Source: Neoechinorhynchus agilis
Taxonomy: Eukaryota > Animalia > Acanthocephala
Direction of reading: 5' to 3'
Assembly (NCBI GenBank): GCA_051530055.1
Contig: CM121341.1
Location: forward strand, 12,130,784 to 12,194,783
DNA: 64,000 nucleotides
Of the stretch, positions 37,070 to 50,149 are shown piece after piece (within the stretch, counting starts at the first letter, position 1; each line of letters begins with the position of its first letter). The notes beneath the pieces are model-generated. The model searched no databases. It was not told the origin of the DNA and was given only the letters and a program-made list of their open reading frames with translations. Made by a program: the position numbers and the translations under genes.

Positions 37070-39944
37070 TTAAGTCTCTTCATTTTCATTAACTGAAACC
37101 TGACACAGTTCCGATTCGTTCCGAAAGGGGTAGTAGGCCAGAAAGGTGAACTTATTGGCGTCAAAAGGGCCCTTTGAAATTGCGGATCTTTAAGTTCAGA
37201 AAATAAATCAGGGGAAACGCTGACTTACAGGATTAGCGAATATTGGAAGTCTTTCCTGTAGCTCTTCGTCGGCAGCTGGATCATAAACGAACGTCGAGAA
37301 TTTGTCGGCCAGAACTACTAAATCTGGCACGCATGGATACAACCGAAATGTATGATCAAGCGAAGGAATAATTAGGGCCTTAAGACCCATTTGAGATTGT
37401 TGAGGAAGCGGAAGGAGATGGGATTGGCTAAGCATTGTCCGGACTACCTATATGGAAGGATATTATTGGAATCGATAGATTAAGTCTTACGTCTCGGTAA
37501 AGTTCACTTTTCTCCGATTTGGGTTTATGAAGCGAATTGCGGATCATGGCTTCGGTGAGTTCGTATCGAAAAACTACGATCGTCCTTGTAAAAAATGTCA
37601 ACCAAAGAGGATTCGAATGTAGTATTAATTTTGAACCGTTGCATCCGTCAATAGCGTGATGTGATTCGAGTGAAGGTATTGTTGAATGCGGAAACCTAAA
37701 GGCAACTCATAAAATTCACTGGCCATTCAGCCGTAGATTACTAGAGATGGCACGAAACAGGTGATTTTCCATGCCAATGATAATAGTTTGTTAAGTTTGT
37801 GGGTCGAAGAATAATCCGTTTTTCTGAGCTAAGTTCAAATTTATTAAAGAAGCACAATGATTAGTTGTACAGCTGTTTTCTGGCTAAACGGATGGACAAC
37901 CTTCAATTTTCTTAACATTAAGACTGTTCTGAAACGCTTTTAGTAAGTTTCGTAAAAGAATTTTACCACTGACTTATATTAAAAAATTTAATGCAGAACA
38001 TACCTGGGATATAAATTTGCTGGTGGACCAGGATCATTCGGTCCAGGAATCAAAATTATTTTACATTCTCTGTAAATTTTTTCATGCTTGACCAGCACAT
38101 CCCAAAGCTTATCCGTTGCATCTGAATGAATAACAGGAATTATTTAGATCATAAATCAAAAAGACTACCTTTAAAGGCCTTTAAACGATCTGATCGTTTT
38201 AAGTTCGGATCTATGAAATCCCCAATTAAAATCAAAACAGCTGGAATTGTAGTTTGATCGGTAGAACACTTTTGAAGCATTGCGTCCAATTTCGCCATCA
38301 CCTAAAAGTTGGGACAGTAAACAATCTATATTAAGCGATCATTATCTAGTGACCTCTGATTGATCTACTCGTACATCTGAGAAAAACATTATCATGTGAT
38401 CACCGGATGATTTCTCAAATTTTCTTAGACGATCATTTGCCCATACTGGCACTGTATCTTGCTCTGATATGTCAGAAGATTATCTTTGCTTCCGTTTTCG
38501 AAGCTTGTAAGTACAATAAGTGCTTATGAAACACAGAAAGTATAAGAACAACCATGGTGTAAAGTATAGCACCGTAGAATAGAAAGGAGTGTAAAGTTCT
38601 TGAAAATAGTACTTAAAAGGAATCAAGCTGGGATTTCGGGATATACAAATATATACATTCAAATATGGATCTGAGCTTCCTATCCATATTAAAAAGGTCA
38701 AAACGTGCATTGTCTCAAACCATTTAAATTTTATGGTAGAAATTGTAAAAGCGTGAAAATTTCAGTGGTTTCTCTAATATGTGCATGTCAAGAAAGGAAT
38801 GATAACCTCTGCTTTAAGAAATTAATGTTTCCAGAACTTCTTCTAAAGAGATAAGCAAAAAAAGTTGGAACCCTTGACATCCAAACAGTCTACCTTGCCA
38901 TATCTATCGGCTCCGGTGGAGGAAGACCAACCGAACGGACTTGTAACTCGTCATTTATGTAGACTCCTTCTACAATGATAATTGTATTTTCGGAATAAAA
39001 TCCAGCATGGAACCTGAAAAATGTATTTACGGAATGCAATTATAAGAAAATACACAAACTCTGCACTGTCAAACCCACTTATATCCAATACACCAGTTTC
39101 ATCTTCAATTGCGTATTTCCCCTATTTACAAATGTTTTTTGAAAATCCTATCTTTAAATGATGAAGAGTACCTCTCCTTTACTAAGTAGACATCCAATTA
39201 CAATCAAACGCTTTTCATTACTAGGAACATTGATGGAACCACTACTTTGAATGCCTTCCACTTTTACGAGGCAGAATGATGGAGCGGGTTGGGTGCCGCG
39301 ATGATGTTCATTCCAAATAACATGGCGTTCCATTCTCTTGTCAAAGAAATAAACAATCTCAAGTAAAATGAAGTAGATAAAAACCTTCCGCGCTATAGAT
39401 AATCGCTGAATAAACATCTCAGGACGTTCGTCATCCACTCGGTCATTATCTGTTGTACTCAACTTCTCGGTCCTAATGAATTTGTTTGTTTGTGGGTCAT
39501 ACTTGTAAAGTGGGATATCGTGCGCGTCGTATATCTTTACAATATCTCCTCTTTTGTGCGAGAATTAAACATTAAAGAAGAAAACAAAAAGAAATAAAGG
39601 ACGCACCTACAAGAACACAGTTCCCGCTTGACAATCGAAATGGCATCTCGGACAAGCTCACAGCCCACGAAAGTAGACGATACTATAAGGATAAAGATTT
39701 TTGACGAAGACCGAGTTAGAACCTACAATCCATTTTGAGGATTGTCTCGACGACGTGCTTGATCGTTGCAGCGTAGACGGAACGGTCATCCTGATCTTGC
39801 AGGGCATCGCATAATTCATCACATCCTTTACTTTAAAGAGATTTTTTAAGCAATCAGTCAAAGAAAATAAAAAATAACTGACGCATCAACGCTCAATCCG
39901 CTCAGTCGGAATGTCTTATAGATGGTATCGAATTTTTCTTGCAT
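37070..39944 (-). CDS. POLE2: DNA polymerase epsilon subunit 2, multi-exon
   Basis: MQEKFDTIYKTFRLSGL..., 'FHAGFYSENTIIIVEG...VGLPPPEP', 'MFFSDVRVDQ', 'LIPGPNDPG', 'SNPLWL', 'SQSHLLPLP', 'RLYPCVPDLVVLADK'. Confidence 0.9.
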
Positions 39945-40430
39945 TCACTGTATATCTAAAATCGATCAAAATAAAATTGCAAAATTCACTTGAGGGGAAG
40001 TTATTGCGTATTTAGAGACTACGTTTTCAGCAAGAAAAATTGCTCCAACGAAGTGTTCAGGGTGGCCCAAAAGGAGAAGAATAATGAGAACTTTTAAAAG
40101 TTTATTGTTTTTCACGTGAACATTTTAAGTCGAAAACCCGAAAACACTAAAAGTGTCACGGATCAGGGAACTCCTTAAACAGTGGAATAAGTTAAAAGGT
40201 TTACAGTCAATTCGAACGAAATAGATTGATATTTTCCTGGCTAATGAAAATGTTCAATTGCGATTTTTAAAAAAACCAGTCAAATTAGCTGATTATAAAT
40301 TTTTTTTTAATTAAATCGAGATATAAAATCCTCCTGAAAGTGATATTGTCAATAATACGAATTTCTTTCTCGACCATATTTCATTTGTTGTTTTGTAAAT
40401 CAACTTGTCAAACTCCGATTAAGGCATAAG

Positions 40431-40770
40431 GATTTAATCGGCATGTCGATATGTAGGGTACTGGGGAATGTGATTGGAATTATTGTTTAGGTCTACATCC
40501 GTTAAATGATTATTTATTAATGACGTTCTGTGAACCTCGTCGGGTTCATCGTCAGTTTTTTAGCATTTTTATGGATGTCTCAGCCGGTAGCGTTTTTGAT
40601 AGATATTTTATTATTCCATACACGGCTGGTGGACTGTGTGTCCATTCTGCCGTGTATGGAATAATAAAATATCTATCATCATCATCAGTTTATTTGTTGA
40701 TGATGAACCCGACGAGGTTCACAGAACGTCTTTAATAAATGATCATTTACCGGATGTAGATTTAAACATT
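40431..40770. repeat. Fold-back structure: two inverted pLTR/hammerhead copies around a perfect 29-bp inverted repeat
   Basis: pLTR on - at 40431-40556 and on + at 40697-40770. 40598-40626 is the exact reverse complement of 40649-40677. Confidence 0.9.
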
Positions 40771-40799
40771 AATTACAATTTAATATTTCACTTTCCGAC

Positions 40800-41645
40800 T
40801 TTGGGTCGAGGTTAAGCCCTCGCGCTTATGAAATGCTTATTCCAATGAAACAACTACAAAGATGTTCTACAGACTTATACGTTATGATTGTTCGGCAGCT
40901 TCCTTGATGGCCGCGACATTGCCGCGTTGGATTGCCGCGCTGATTCGCTGCAGCAGGAAGCTGCTGGAGCGCATGTCGCCGGTGGCATATTTCAACATCT
41001 TTCCCAGCCGTGAAAGGAAATAATCGGCTTCTTTTCCGAGGCATCCCAGTGTTTCCACCGCAATCGGGATGAAAATATATTGATGCCTACCGAGCGAGGA
41101 GTACTTATGCCGCTTCTTTTCCTCGCTGAAGCTGGCGACTGCTCCCGCTTTTGAGGTGGCATCCCGTAAGTGAGATGCTGCGAGCGTGTTGGGACAAGTA
41201 AAATCCAAAACCAGTATTTTCCCGGAGCACCGTGGGAGGAGAGTCGCTCCAGGGCGTTTACCGTCGTTCCGGGAAAGTCCGACTGGTTAGGGTCGAGCGG
41301 GAAAATCGGCCGTTGAGAGGGCTTCCTTGATTATGCGGTTGTCTGCTGAGTGCCGTGCGTGGCGAGCATTTGAACGTTTGCAGTCAAGGCCGTGAGTTCC
41401 CGACCTATTCACTGTCCCACCGCACCGACATGTATATGAGCCTGAGAATTCGATGCCCAACCGAAGTCCCACCGCGACGGTGATGGCTTGGTCATCCAGC
41501 CTCCTGCCAGCAGCCGCGATCGGGAAAGCCTTTAAGAAGTCGCTGGAGTGTGGAGCTGAGATTGCCAGGAGACGAGTTCTATCGGTTTGAGATGAACATG
41601 AGTTGAGAAGCTGCGGATAATACGCAGTGTGGAGCGATGACACGC
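40800..41645 (-). mobile_element. CRE-like retrotransposon 3' part (CCHC zinc finger + REL endonuclease)
   Basis: 'RTRLLAISAPHS', 'CRCG...HGLDC', 'DFTCPNTLA...KKRHKY...FIPIAVETLG...QRGNVAA'. Confidence 0.9.
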
Positions 41646-41654
41646 GTAATTATT

Positions 41655-42865
41655 CGCGGTTCCGTACCTCCTCCAGTCGCTCGTCTACTATGCGGTGCCA
41701 ACCTGATCGCTTTCACAAAAAAGGTGGAGGGGTTAGTCCGATTGCCGTGGGTTGTACCTTCCGTCGGTTGGCATCCAAAGTCGCGTGTCAGTTCGCCACC
41801 GGTCGATTGATCGATCAACTCTTGCCGGTTCAATTAGGAGTCGGAGTTCCTGCTGGAGCCGAGGCGGGTATCCATAAGGGAACGGCTATGGTCAAGCTTG
41901 ACATGGGGAACGTGTTCAATTCAATATGCCGCACCGCGATGACAGAGGTTGTCCGCCAGCACCTACCAGAAATCTACCAGTAGGTGTCCTTGTGCTACGA
42001 CCAGTCCAGCAAGCTGCTGTTCGGCGAGTTCCAGTTCGAATCAGCAGAGGGTGTTCAACAAGGTGATCCTCTAGGTCCTCTGCTGTTCGCACTGACGATC
42101 AATCATCTTGCCCACAGCTCTTCGTCAGATTTATCGATCTGGTACCTCGACGACTGTTGCATCGGAGGGGAGATCGACCAGCTCATCCGTGACATCAAAA
42201 ACATCTCCGAAATGGGTGCCGATATCGGACTATTCGTGAGAACGGACAAATGCGAAATAATTTCGGACGAGCAAGAGGATACATCGAGACTGCTCACCGT
42301 ACTACCCGGAGCAAAGACAACTGCAATCAACTCAGCTGACATTCTCGGGTCTCCAATCGGTAACCTGCCTAACCTGCAAACGTTCCTCACAAAAGCCATC
42401 GATCAATTGCGGCTCACTGCCTCCAGGCTCTTGTACATCGCGCGACACGACGCTCTGTTTATACTAGGACGATGTCTGTCGCTACCGAAGATTGCGTACC
42501 TTCTAAGGGCTTCTCCATGCTTCAAGTCAGTGCTCACAAGGGATTTCGACAACTGTGTTCGATCAATCCTGCCAGAAGTCCTTAACCCACGACTGTCCGA
42601 TACAGCATGGAAACAGGTGATCCTTCCCATTCGATTCGGCGGTCTTGGCATCCAGAGTGTCACCGAAGTAGCAATTCCTGCTTTTTCGTCATCGATTTCG
42701 GTCTCTTCAGACCTGGTGCTGAGAATCATCCCACCACACACTCTACTAGAGTCACATCCACCACCTCAACTGATTGAAGCGCACGCTCAATGGACATCAG
42801 TGTTCGGGCAGGTCGTTCCAACAGAAGCAAATTCCCAAAAATGTTGGACTTACGGGATTTGATCT
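41655..42865 (+). mobile_element. CRE-like retrotransposon RT part, inverted relative to 40800-41645
   Basis: 'PIAVGCTFRRLASK', 'QLGVGVPAGAEAGIH', 'GVQQGDPLGPLLFAL', 'WYLDD', 'LPIRFGGLG'. Confidence 0.92.
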
Positions 42866-43189
42866 GCTTCTCTTTTGGAGCTCGAGATACGCGACTGCTG
42901 AACGCGGCTCAAACCATCATGCCCTCCAGCTGACGATGGTGGAAAGGATGTCAGACGTTTACTCATCTGTAAAGACGCATTTTACATTCTGCGAATAATT
43001 GGTGATGAAGTCGTAAGTTGCGATATTCGACCACACTCGAGAGTTGATTTGAGCATTGAAATAGGGGACGTGTGACTTCATCTCTGATCTGAGAACGAGT
43101 TGTCCCTCGCAAGGGTGTAGAAATTCACCGGCATGTTGGACGCTTTGAGGTGGTCCCAGGTCTCCACCCCAAGTCAACAAACATTCTTA

Positions 43190-43900
43190 TCTCGTTCGAA
43201 ATATCTAAAGCTTTTGATAATATTGGCATTGCTTTTATGGTGAATATTTTGAGATTTTTTGTTTTCCTTTTAAAGTAATTGCTAGGGTGAACAACATCCT
43301 GAAATGTAAACGATTTTTCTTTGCAGATGATCCATCAAGGTCTATATTCTATCAATTCAAGGGGTTCCTCAAGGCTCACCTTTATCACCCATACTTTTTT
43401 GCTTGGCAACTCAATTTTTGATTAAAAATTGCACGATTTTGTAGTAGCGTCACTATGCACGCCGATGACCTTACCGTAGTTATCAAAGAGTTAAATTATT
43501 TGAGAGCACGTGCGAAACTGGCTGCCGTGCTGAACTTTTTAAAATCCCACCTACCTCAAATGGGTCTCTCTTTGAATGAAAAGAAGACGAAATTTTTAAT
43601 CAAATCTAAATCTCGAGTGGGTAAGAAGAACATCCGCGATTATATCAAGGATTTTTTGGGTTAGATTTCGACCCTGCTTATAAGAAGCTTGATATTTTAG
43701 GTTATACTTTCACTAATAACCTCTCGCCCGCCTCCGATATACACAAGATGAAAAAACTTTTAAAGACAGTCAGAGTTAAGGCGAGACGTGCCGCTCGTAT
43801 TGGGCTTAGCGCCAAGATATGCAAAGTAATATGATGCTTTTGGGCTATTTCAGGCCTAGTTTTTTATTCCGGAGGAAGGCCTCCAGAACAACGCCTAAAA
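43190..43900 (+). mobile_element. Degenerate LINE RT fragment
   Basis: 'SKAFDN', 'KGVPQGSPLSPILF', 'HADDLTVV', 'GLSLNEKKT'. Confidence 0.85.
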
Positions 43901-44099
43901 TTCCGCTGTGTATTCTTGAAAACCCTGTCGAGACTACCCTTTGAGTGGATTTCCTCAGCAGACTGGACCAACAGATCCATGCAGTGGATCGGATTGTGAC
44001 CTCAAATAAAAAAACGGATACTTAACTATAGAATGTTGCTTTGGTTATTCAGCGACAGCGGTCGATCCATGGTTTGCCTTTGACGAATAAATTTTTTTA

Positions 44100-47000
44100 G
44101 ATACGTTCGTGCAATATTAAAACGCGCTCATTGCTCCGATCAACAGCGATGGACAATGCGTTGTTATCGTTGAGCGCTGCAGCGGAGGGTGGCAAACGGC
44201 CACCCACTTCTCTGAGAATTCGGGTGTCTCTGGAGGTCCGGAATAGTATTCTAGGAGATATGAAGCTATTTCTCAATGACAAAAACTCCATGGATAAACC
44301 CAAACTTCTCGAAATAAAATCAGTTGAAAAACCAACGGATCCTATCTACTTATCCCCTCCATTACAAAAATGGCCACATTCCATCTCGATTGTCTCGAAC
44401 CCGATTCAAAATGTATCTCGTTTCATGGCTTCGTTCTTTCAACGATGATTGCCAGAGAATCATGAAAGTCACATACAAACCATGGAACAGAGAATGCAAT
44501 TTCCTGTTCTCAACTCAACGGAATTGTTGGTTGTGTACGCAAGAAGTGATCAGGACAAGCGAAGCAACATCCGAAAAACTCCAACCCGAGTTAATTGAGC
44601 CCACCCTTCCTATTTGGTAGCACCATCGAAAACAATGGCCTTATACGATATCAATTACATCGAATCCAATACAACCGAGAGAGTCTATGCACAAAGAATA
44701 TCTCACTCCTTGGGCGAGATTGTTCGACGACAACGTTGAACGGATTTCCAGAGTATCGTACTACGGTGGCAGTCTAAAAGTTTATCTTTTGACCGATACA
44801 TTTCGTAAAAGCTATGAAAAATTCCTGGAAAAATGCGATCAATCGAAAGTTATAATTCACTCGACATCTTACGACACTACGTTTGTGGACTGTGAATTAT
44901 CCCCAGACATCGATAATGAAGACAAAATAGCCTTTGAAGAGAAATTCCATGTCAAAATTTTGTTTTTCCAAAAAACCCGGAAGGACCGGCAAGCCCATTC
45001 CGAGGGCAATCGTGGAAGCAGATATCGGAACCAGGAATCACTTGACGGAACGGAAAAGCTATTTTCAATCCATGGAGATGATCCGACCAAGATGCGCCAT
45101 GGGCACAACAATGCCCAAGTAAAAGGATTATTTGCGCCTACTGCGCCGAGGAGCATGGGAGTGGTCAATGCGAGCGCCGAACCAAGAAATGCGCAAATTG
45201 TGGACAAGTAGGCCACTGCGCCTTCGCAAAATCGTGCACCAGTTTAAAAGCCTACATGTTCTGGGCTAGCGATGTGGACAATCAGAAGAGGTTAATTAAT
45301 ACTGAATGGTATGGGAGGAAATCGGTTAAGAATGTGATAGAGAACAACCCAGATATTACCAAAGTGTGCAATCCTAACAATTCATCAATGGAAGAAATTA
45401 CATGTTCATTCAACCGGAAGCTGGAGGCTTTTTCCGAGAAATAATGAAGATGATGAACCTAAGGATTAGTGCAACCATCCAGAATATGGAAAAACGATTA
45501 TAAAAACATTTCGAAGCTTTCTGGTCCTCCATTACGCAAAATATGAAGAATATGGAGGCATTATCAAGGACGCAGGAGTTTCAATATCCCAACAAGAGAG
45601 GGAGAACGGAACATGACAGTTGCCAATTAGATAAGGGCGCATACGACGATCCTATCGAGGGCAATGCGGCCTATTCACAACAAATAATAAACGAACAACA
45701 AGCGTTCTGCGATAGCGGTTTTGCTGATATCGTCAAAAAAGGGAAAAGGTGACCAGCGTAAGGTTGGTGCAGTGGAACTCCTGAGGTAAGTTCGGGTTAC
45801 CTAGATTATGTGGCGAAGCGCTGAAGAGTGATATACACTCGTCCAAGAGACCAAATCAATTTATGATCCCCTTCATATAGAAACTCTGTCAGCAGAGTAT
45901 TCTATATTCATAACACCACCTTTCTCGGCTAATTCCCAAGGACTTCTTTCAATTTTCCGTCATTCACTTTGCCCACCTTAGTAGATCAATATGTTTCCCA
46001 AAACCTGTCATACGTCATATTCTCTATACTTACTGGGAATAGAAAACTTCTAATTGTAAACATATACATTCACCCCAAGAAAATACATCTGGCACAAACA
46101 AAATCGATTCTTAGAAACCTCTTGCTCTCTGGAATCGATGGTATTTTTGGTGACTACAGAAATAGACTGGTGCAGTTATTAGAGCGACAAATTCTCACGA
46201 ATTGTTAGTGCCTCCATATCCAACATTTTCGAACTCAGCTTCATGCTCTTACTTGGATTTGTGCGTATGGAGTCGCTCTTGCCCCATAAGACCCAAGTTA
46301 ATTGCACAATCTACCACATATTACTTGGCAGGATACGACCTGATGATCTGGGATTTTTCGAGAAATACGCTCCTGTGTAAAGATTTTAAACTCTCTGCCC
46401 TCAATATTCATCTTTTTAATGAAGTTATAAAGTTCTTTTGCGATTTTAAAAATAACGCTCCAATCTCAGAACTTAAATAATTTCTCGCAAGCTCAAGCGA
46501 TTCCTTCCTGACTTATACATCCAAAACAGGCGCCTCTATAAGTGAACCGAAACTGCTCGCCCTTTATGGAAGTGAACTATTTTTAGCGAAGTCAAAGGGT
46601 AATCAAACGGATGAGAAATTTTGGGCATCTTTATTCTGGCCATGTAAAGCGCGTTTTCAGCTTTCTCATGACAGAAAAAGGATTCACGAATAAGTGCCCT
46701 ACTCCTCTAATTGGTGGGGCATAGCATCTAAGCGACGATGGAAGACGGCTGCCAAAAATTGGATTAAATCCGTTGTGCTAGATACCGTGATAACGAGTCT
46801 ATGTTCGGAACACTCTAGCGGTTAAAATAAAATTCCCATCAAGGTGGATCTTATTCCGATTAGGACACGGCGTTCGGATGTTACTTCGGACGAGATTACT
46901 CAATGTTGGCCTTCCAGGAATAAGATCTCTTCTAACGACTACTCTGCATGTTTTAAAGCCACCAACGTTCTGAACCAAGGCAATATACAATCAGTGGCTA

Positions 47001-47480
47001 AAGCTCTTGTTCTTGCATCTGCAGAGGAATGGGCCGAAATCAACATGGCGAAGCGCATTTTTTTAGCGTTGTCACGGTTTTTTACCTAAGAAATCGGTTC
47101 ACATTGCCTTAAAGGAAATTATGGAAAGTTTCTATAATGAGAAGAAATCAATGAACATCTTGATCTCATCTGACTTCTCTAAAGCTTTCGATACAATCAT
47201 TTTGATTTTATTTTAAATATGTTAAGGTATTTTAATTTTCCGTATAATATTATTGGAAGGGTGAGCAACACTTTAAAAACTAAGTTCTTTTTTCGAGATG
47301 ATACGCAGCATACCTTTCTTACCAGCAAGCCGATTTACAGGGCTTTGGAAATTCCTGAGATTAATAATAACAATTTTTATTATTTATCATACCTCCAGGC
47401 TCTTGTGAATACTATAACTAGCTATCACTTGAGTTATAATAGGTTCTTTAAATGTAAATGTTTATTTTGGAGCGGATGAC
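44100..47480 (+). mobile_element. Degenerate LINE (ORF1-like region + APE endonuclease + start of RT)
   Basis: 'LVQWNS' (~45765), 'LLIVNIYIHP...IFGDY', 'PTFSNSASCSYLDLC', 'SDFSKAFDTI' (~47170); many stops and frameshifts. Confidence 0.8.
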
Positions 47481-48500
47481 GATTCCGGTAAGATGGAAAT
47501 TAGTGGATATTGCTTTCAGGAGAGTTTATAAGTTTGGGCCTTTCCTCTGGTTCATTTCTGGTCATGATATCTGAGAAGATTGAGCAGTGTTGAAAAAGGA
47601 TCTGAAGTGGAGGGGGTGCGAGGTATAGGAGGATGAAATGATGTGGGATTACGAGTGTTGTGCTCATGTTAAAAAGGGAATCAAATGTGGTAAAAATTGC
47701 GGTAATAGAGATTAGAGGGGTTTTGATTGTTTGTTGTAAATGTTATATTTTTCCGCCATATAAAAAACATGAGTAGTTCAATCTTGAAACATGAAAATCT
47801 GATAGATGTACTCGGCTAGAGGGGAAAATCAAGTGTACAATTTTAGAAACTCTCCGTGAAACATTTCAAGGCGACGGATTTGTGATTTGGGCAGGTTGCG
47901 AAAGACGGGATAACCGCAGGCAAGGGAGAGTAAAATAAGGCTGTTGTAAAATTTGGAGAGGTCGGACTAGGGGTTCCTGAATTGTGGAGGCGTTTAAGGA
48001 GGTAAATTTTAAAGGGTCTTGTACTTGATTGAGAGTGAAATGTACGAGTCCCATTTCAAATTTGATTGAAATTGGAGACCCGGAATTCTGAGTAATATTG
48101 CTCGTATGATGTCATTTGGAAACTCTGGGTAGGAAGGGTGAGGTCGTCGGCATATAGGATAAGTTTGGAGTGAAAGGAGAGCGGTTTAAGTTCATTTAAG
48201 AAAATATTGGAAAGAAGTGATGAGAGTACAGCACCTTAAGGTTCATCTTTTGTGAGGGATTTGATGATCATGGTTGTAGATCAGCGGTGAATGCATTGTT
48301 TGCGATTGTGAAGATAAGAATCGAGCCATCGGATCTGCCACGAGTTGAGACCAAATTCGCAGCAGGCCCTTAGAAAGAGTGAATGGTCCACGTATTCGAA
48401 TGCTTTCGATTAGCCCAGTTGAATGGGATGGTTGAAGTGGGAAGGATTATTGCCGAGGTTGCTGCAGAAATTTTTGGGCGGTAGCCGAATTGTAGGACGA
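47480..48500 (-). mobile_element. Degenerate LINE RT fragment (CR1/L2/Jockey-like)
   Basis: Minus frames give 'LQFGYRP', 'SKAFEYVDH', 'WLDSYLHNRKQ' and 'GAVLSSLLSNIFLN...LILYADDLTL'. The plus strand is strongly G-rich. Confidence 0.85.
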
Positions 48501-50149
48501 TAAATTCTCGTTAAGAAGCGGGATCCTCTAATCTATACCGCTCTGTCCCTCTAAATGCATTTTTACAACGATAACCGCCCTTGGGAAATAACTTTTTAAA
48601 TCTGCTTAAAAATACGCAATTTTTCAATGTAAAAAAATTGGAGCAAAGATTTGAATTCGTTTTTTTGTAAGACTGCTCGATTCATGATCAGATCACGTAG
48701 CCGACTTTACTCTGCTCAACATGCACGAAAAAAACGATAATAATATCATTGCTTTTGTCACAGTTCATAAAATGATATAAGATCAAATACGCTTTTCTTT
48801 AAAAACAAATAGCTCGAAGACGATTCTGTACCCTACGAATATTCATGCTTTTATGATTTATCTGGCAATTTAATCAACGATTGTTGTTCAAAAAATCTAC
48901 AATCTCCTTCCCTTATATTTAGAATATGGTCCACGCGATGTGGTTCATCTTCTTCCAATATAGTAGTCACTTTTTCTGATTTCAATCTTAATTTATTGGC
49001 TCTTTCCCATCCTGGCTCGAACCAACGGTCCGCGGTGAACTAGATTTCTTTTTAATGTTGTCATCTTCTATTTATTTAATTTATCCATTTATCTTAAATC
49101 GCATACACTCATGGCATCATTGCATATCTTTTTTGGAGCCTCTCGGCTACATATCCTTTGGAGCCTCTCGTCTAACTGACGCTCTTCGGAAGCGCTCAGC
49201 CGTACTCGAAGGAATAGGGCCAACCTTCTTATGGGGCCGATGGGCGATCCCAACACCTGACCCCACCCTTACCGCAGCCTCGCAACCCCCGTGGAACCAA
49301 GCGACCAGTGGACCTGAACCTGCGTGTTGTCAACTTAAAAAATTGATTTAAATCGACGTATCAGTAGTTATTTGTTAAAAAATTCACGTTAACAAACTTT
49401 TTTGTTCACGTAATCATTTGAGTTATTTTTATTTAAACAAACTGGAATGTAAAAAATTAAAAATAGGGCCGGGAACATTTCCCGCACGCCACCGACAAAG
49501 ATACAGTTTAAATCGTTTATGCTCCAAAAACGATTGATCACTGGGTCGTCAGTTCAATTTCAACTATTTTATTTTTCACTAACACAAGATAAGAAACAGT
49601 ACTAAGGATTGTAATACTTTTGCCGAATTCTCGTTTTTTCCAATATGAACAATTGCCTTCTTAATCTCAGGTAGTAAAAGTAATTAATATGGTAAACTGT
49701 AAAAACGGCTTTCCATTTTTCAACATTTGGGGTTAAAATTTTTATCTTGAATTAAAAACAGGAAAAGTGCATAAAAAGAGCAGAAGCATAAATGCAAGCG
49801 GATTGGACGAATCAGAAGAGAAAAGTGAGTATGAATCCAGAGGACAAAACGCCGAAAAGGAGAAATTCTGACGGCCGCACATTAGAATCATTGTCATCAA
49901 TGTTTAGTGTTCACTTTTTGCTGTCTCCTGTATTTTGTTTTCTAGGAACAATGTTTTTGTAATTGTTAAGCCGGGAATGTTGTACTTAAACAGTTTTTGA
50001 TAAATTTGATATTTATGCTCCATAAAAATAATAATATTTCTTTGGTGACACAAGTTAGAACGGCACAAACCAGGTAAATCAAAAAATTGTTTGAAGATTG
50101 GACTGTTCATATTTTTTTACTTAGGGCGAAGAAATTAAAATGATTTTAT

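Noticed and set aside
49000-49045. tRNA/SINE-like B-box (GGTTCGAGCC on -)
   Set aside because: No A-box or cloverleaf 5' half.
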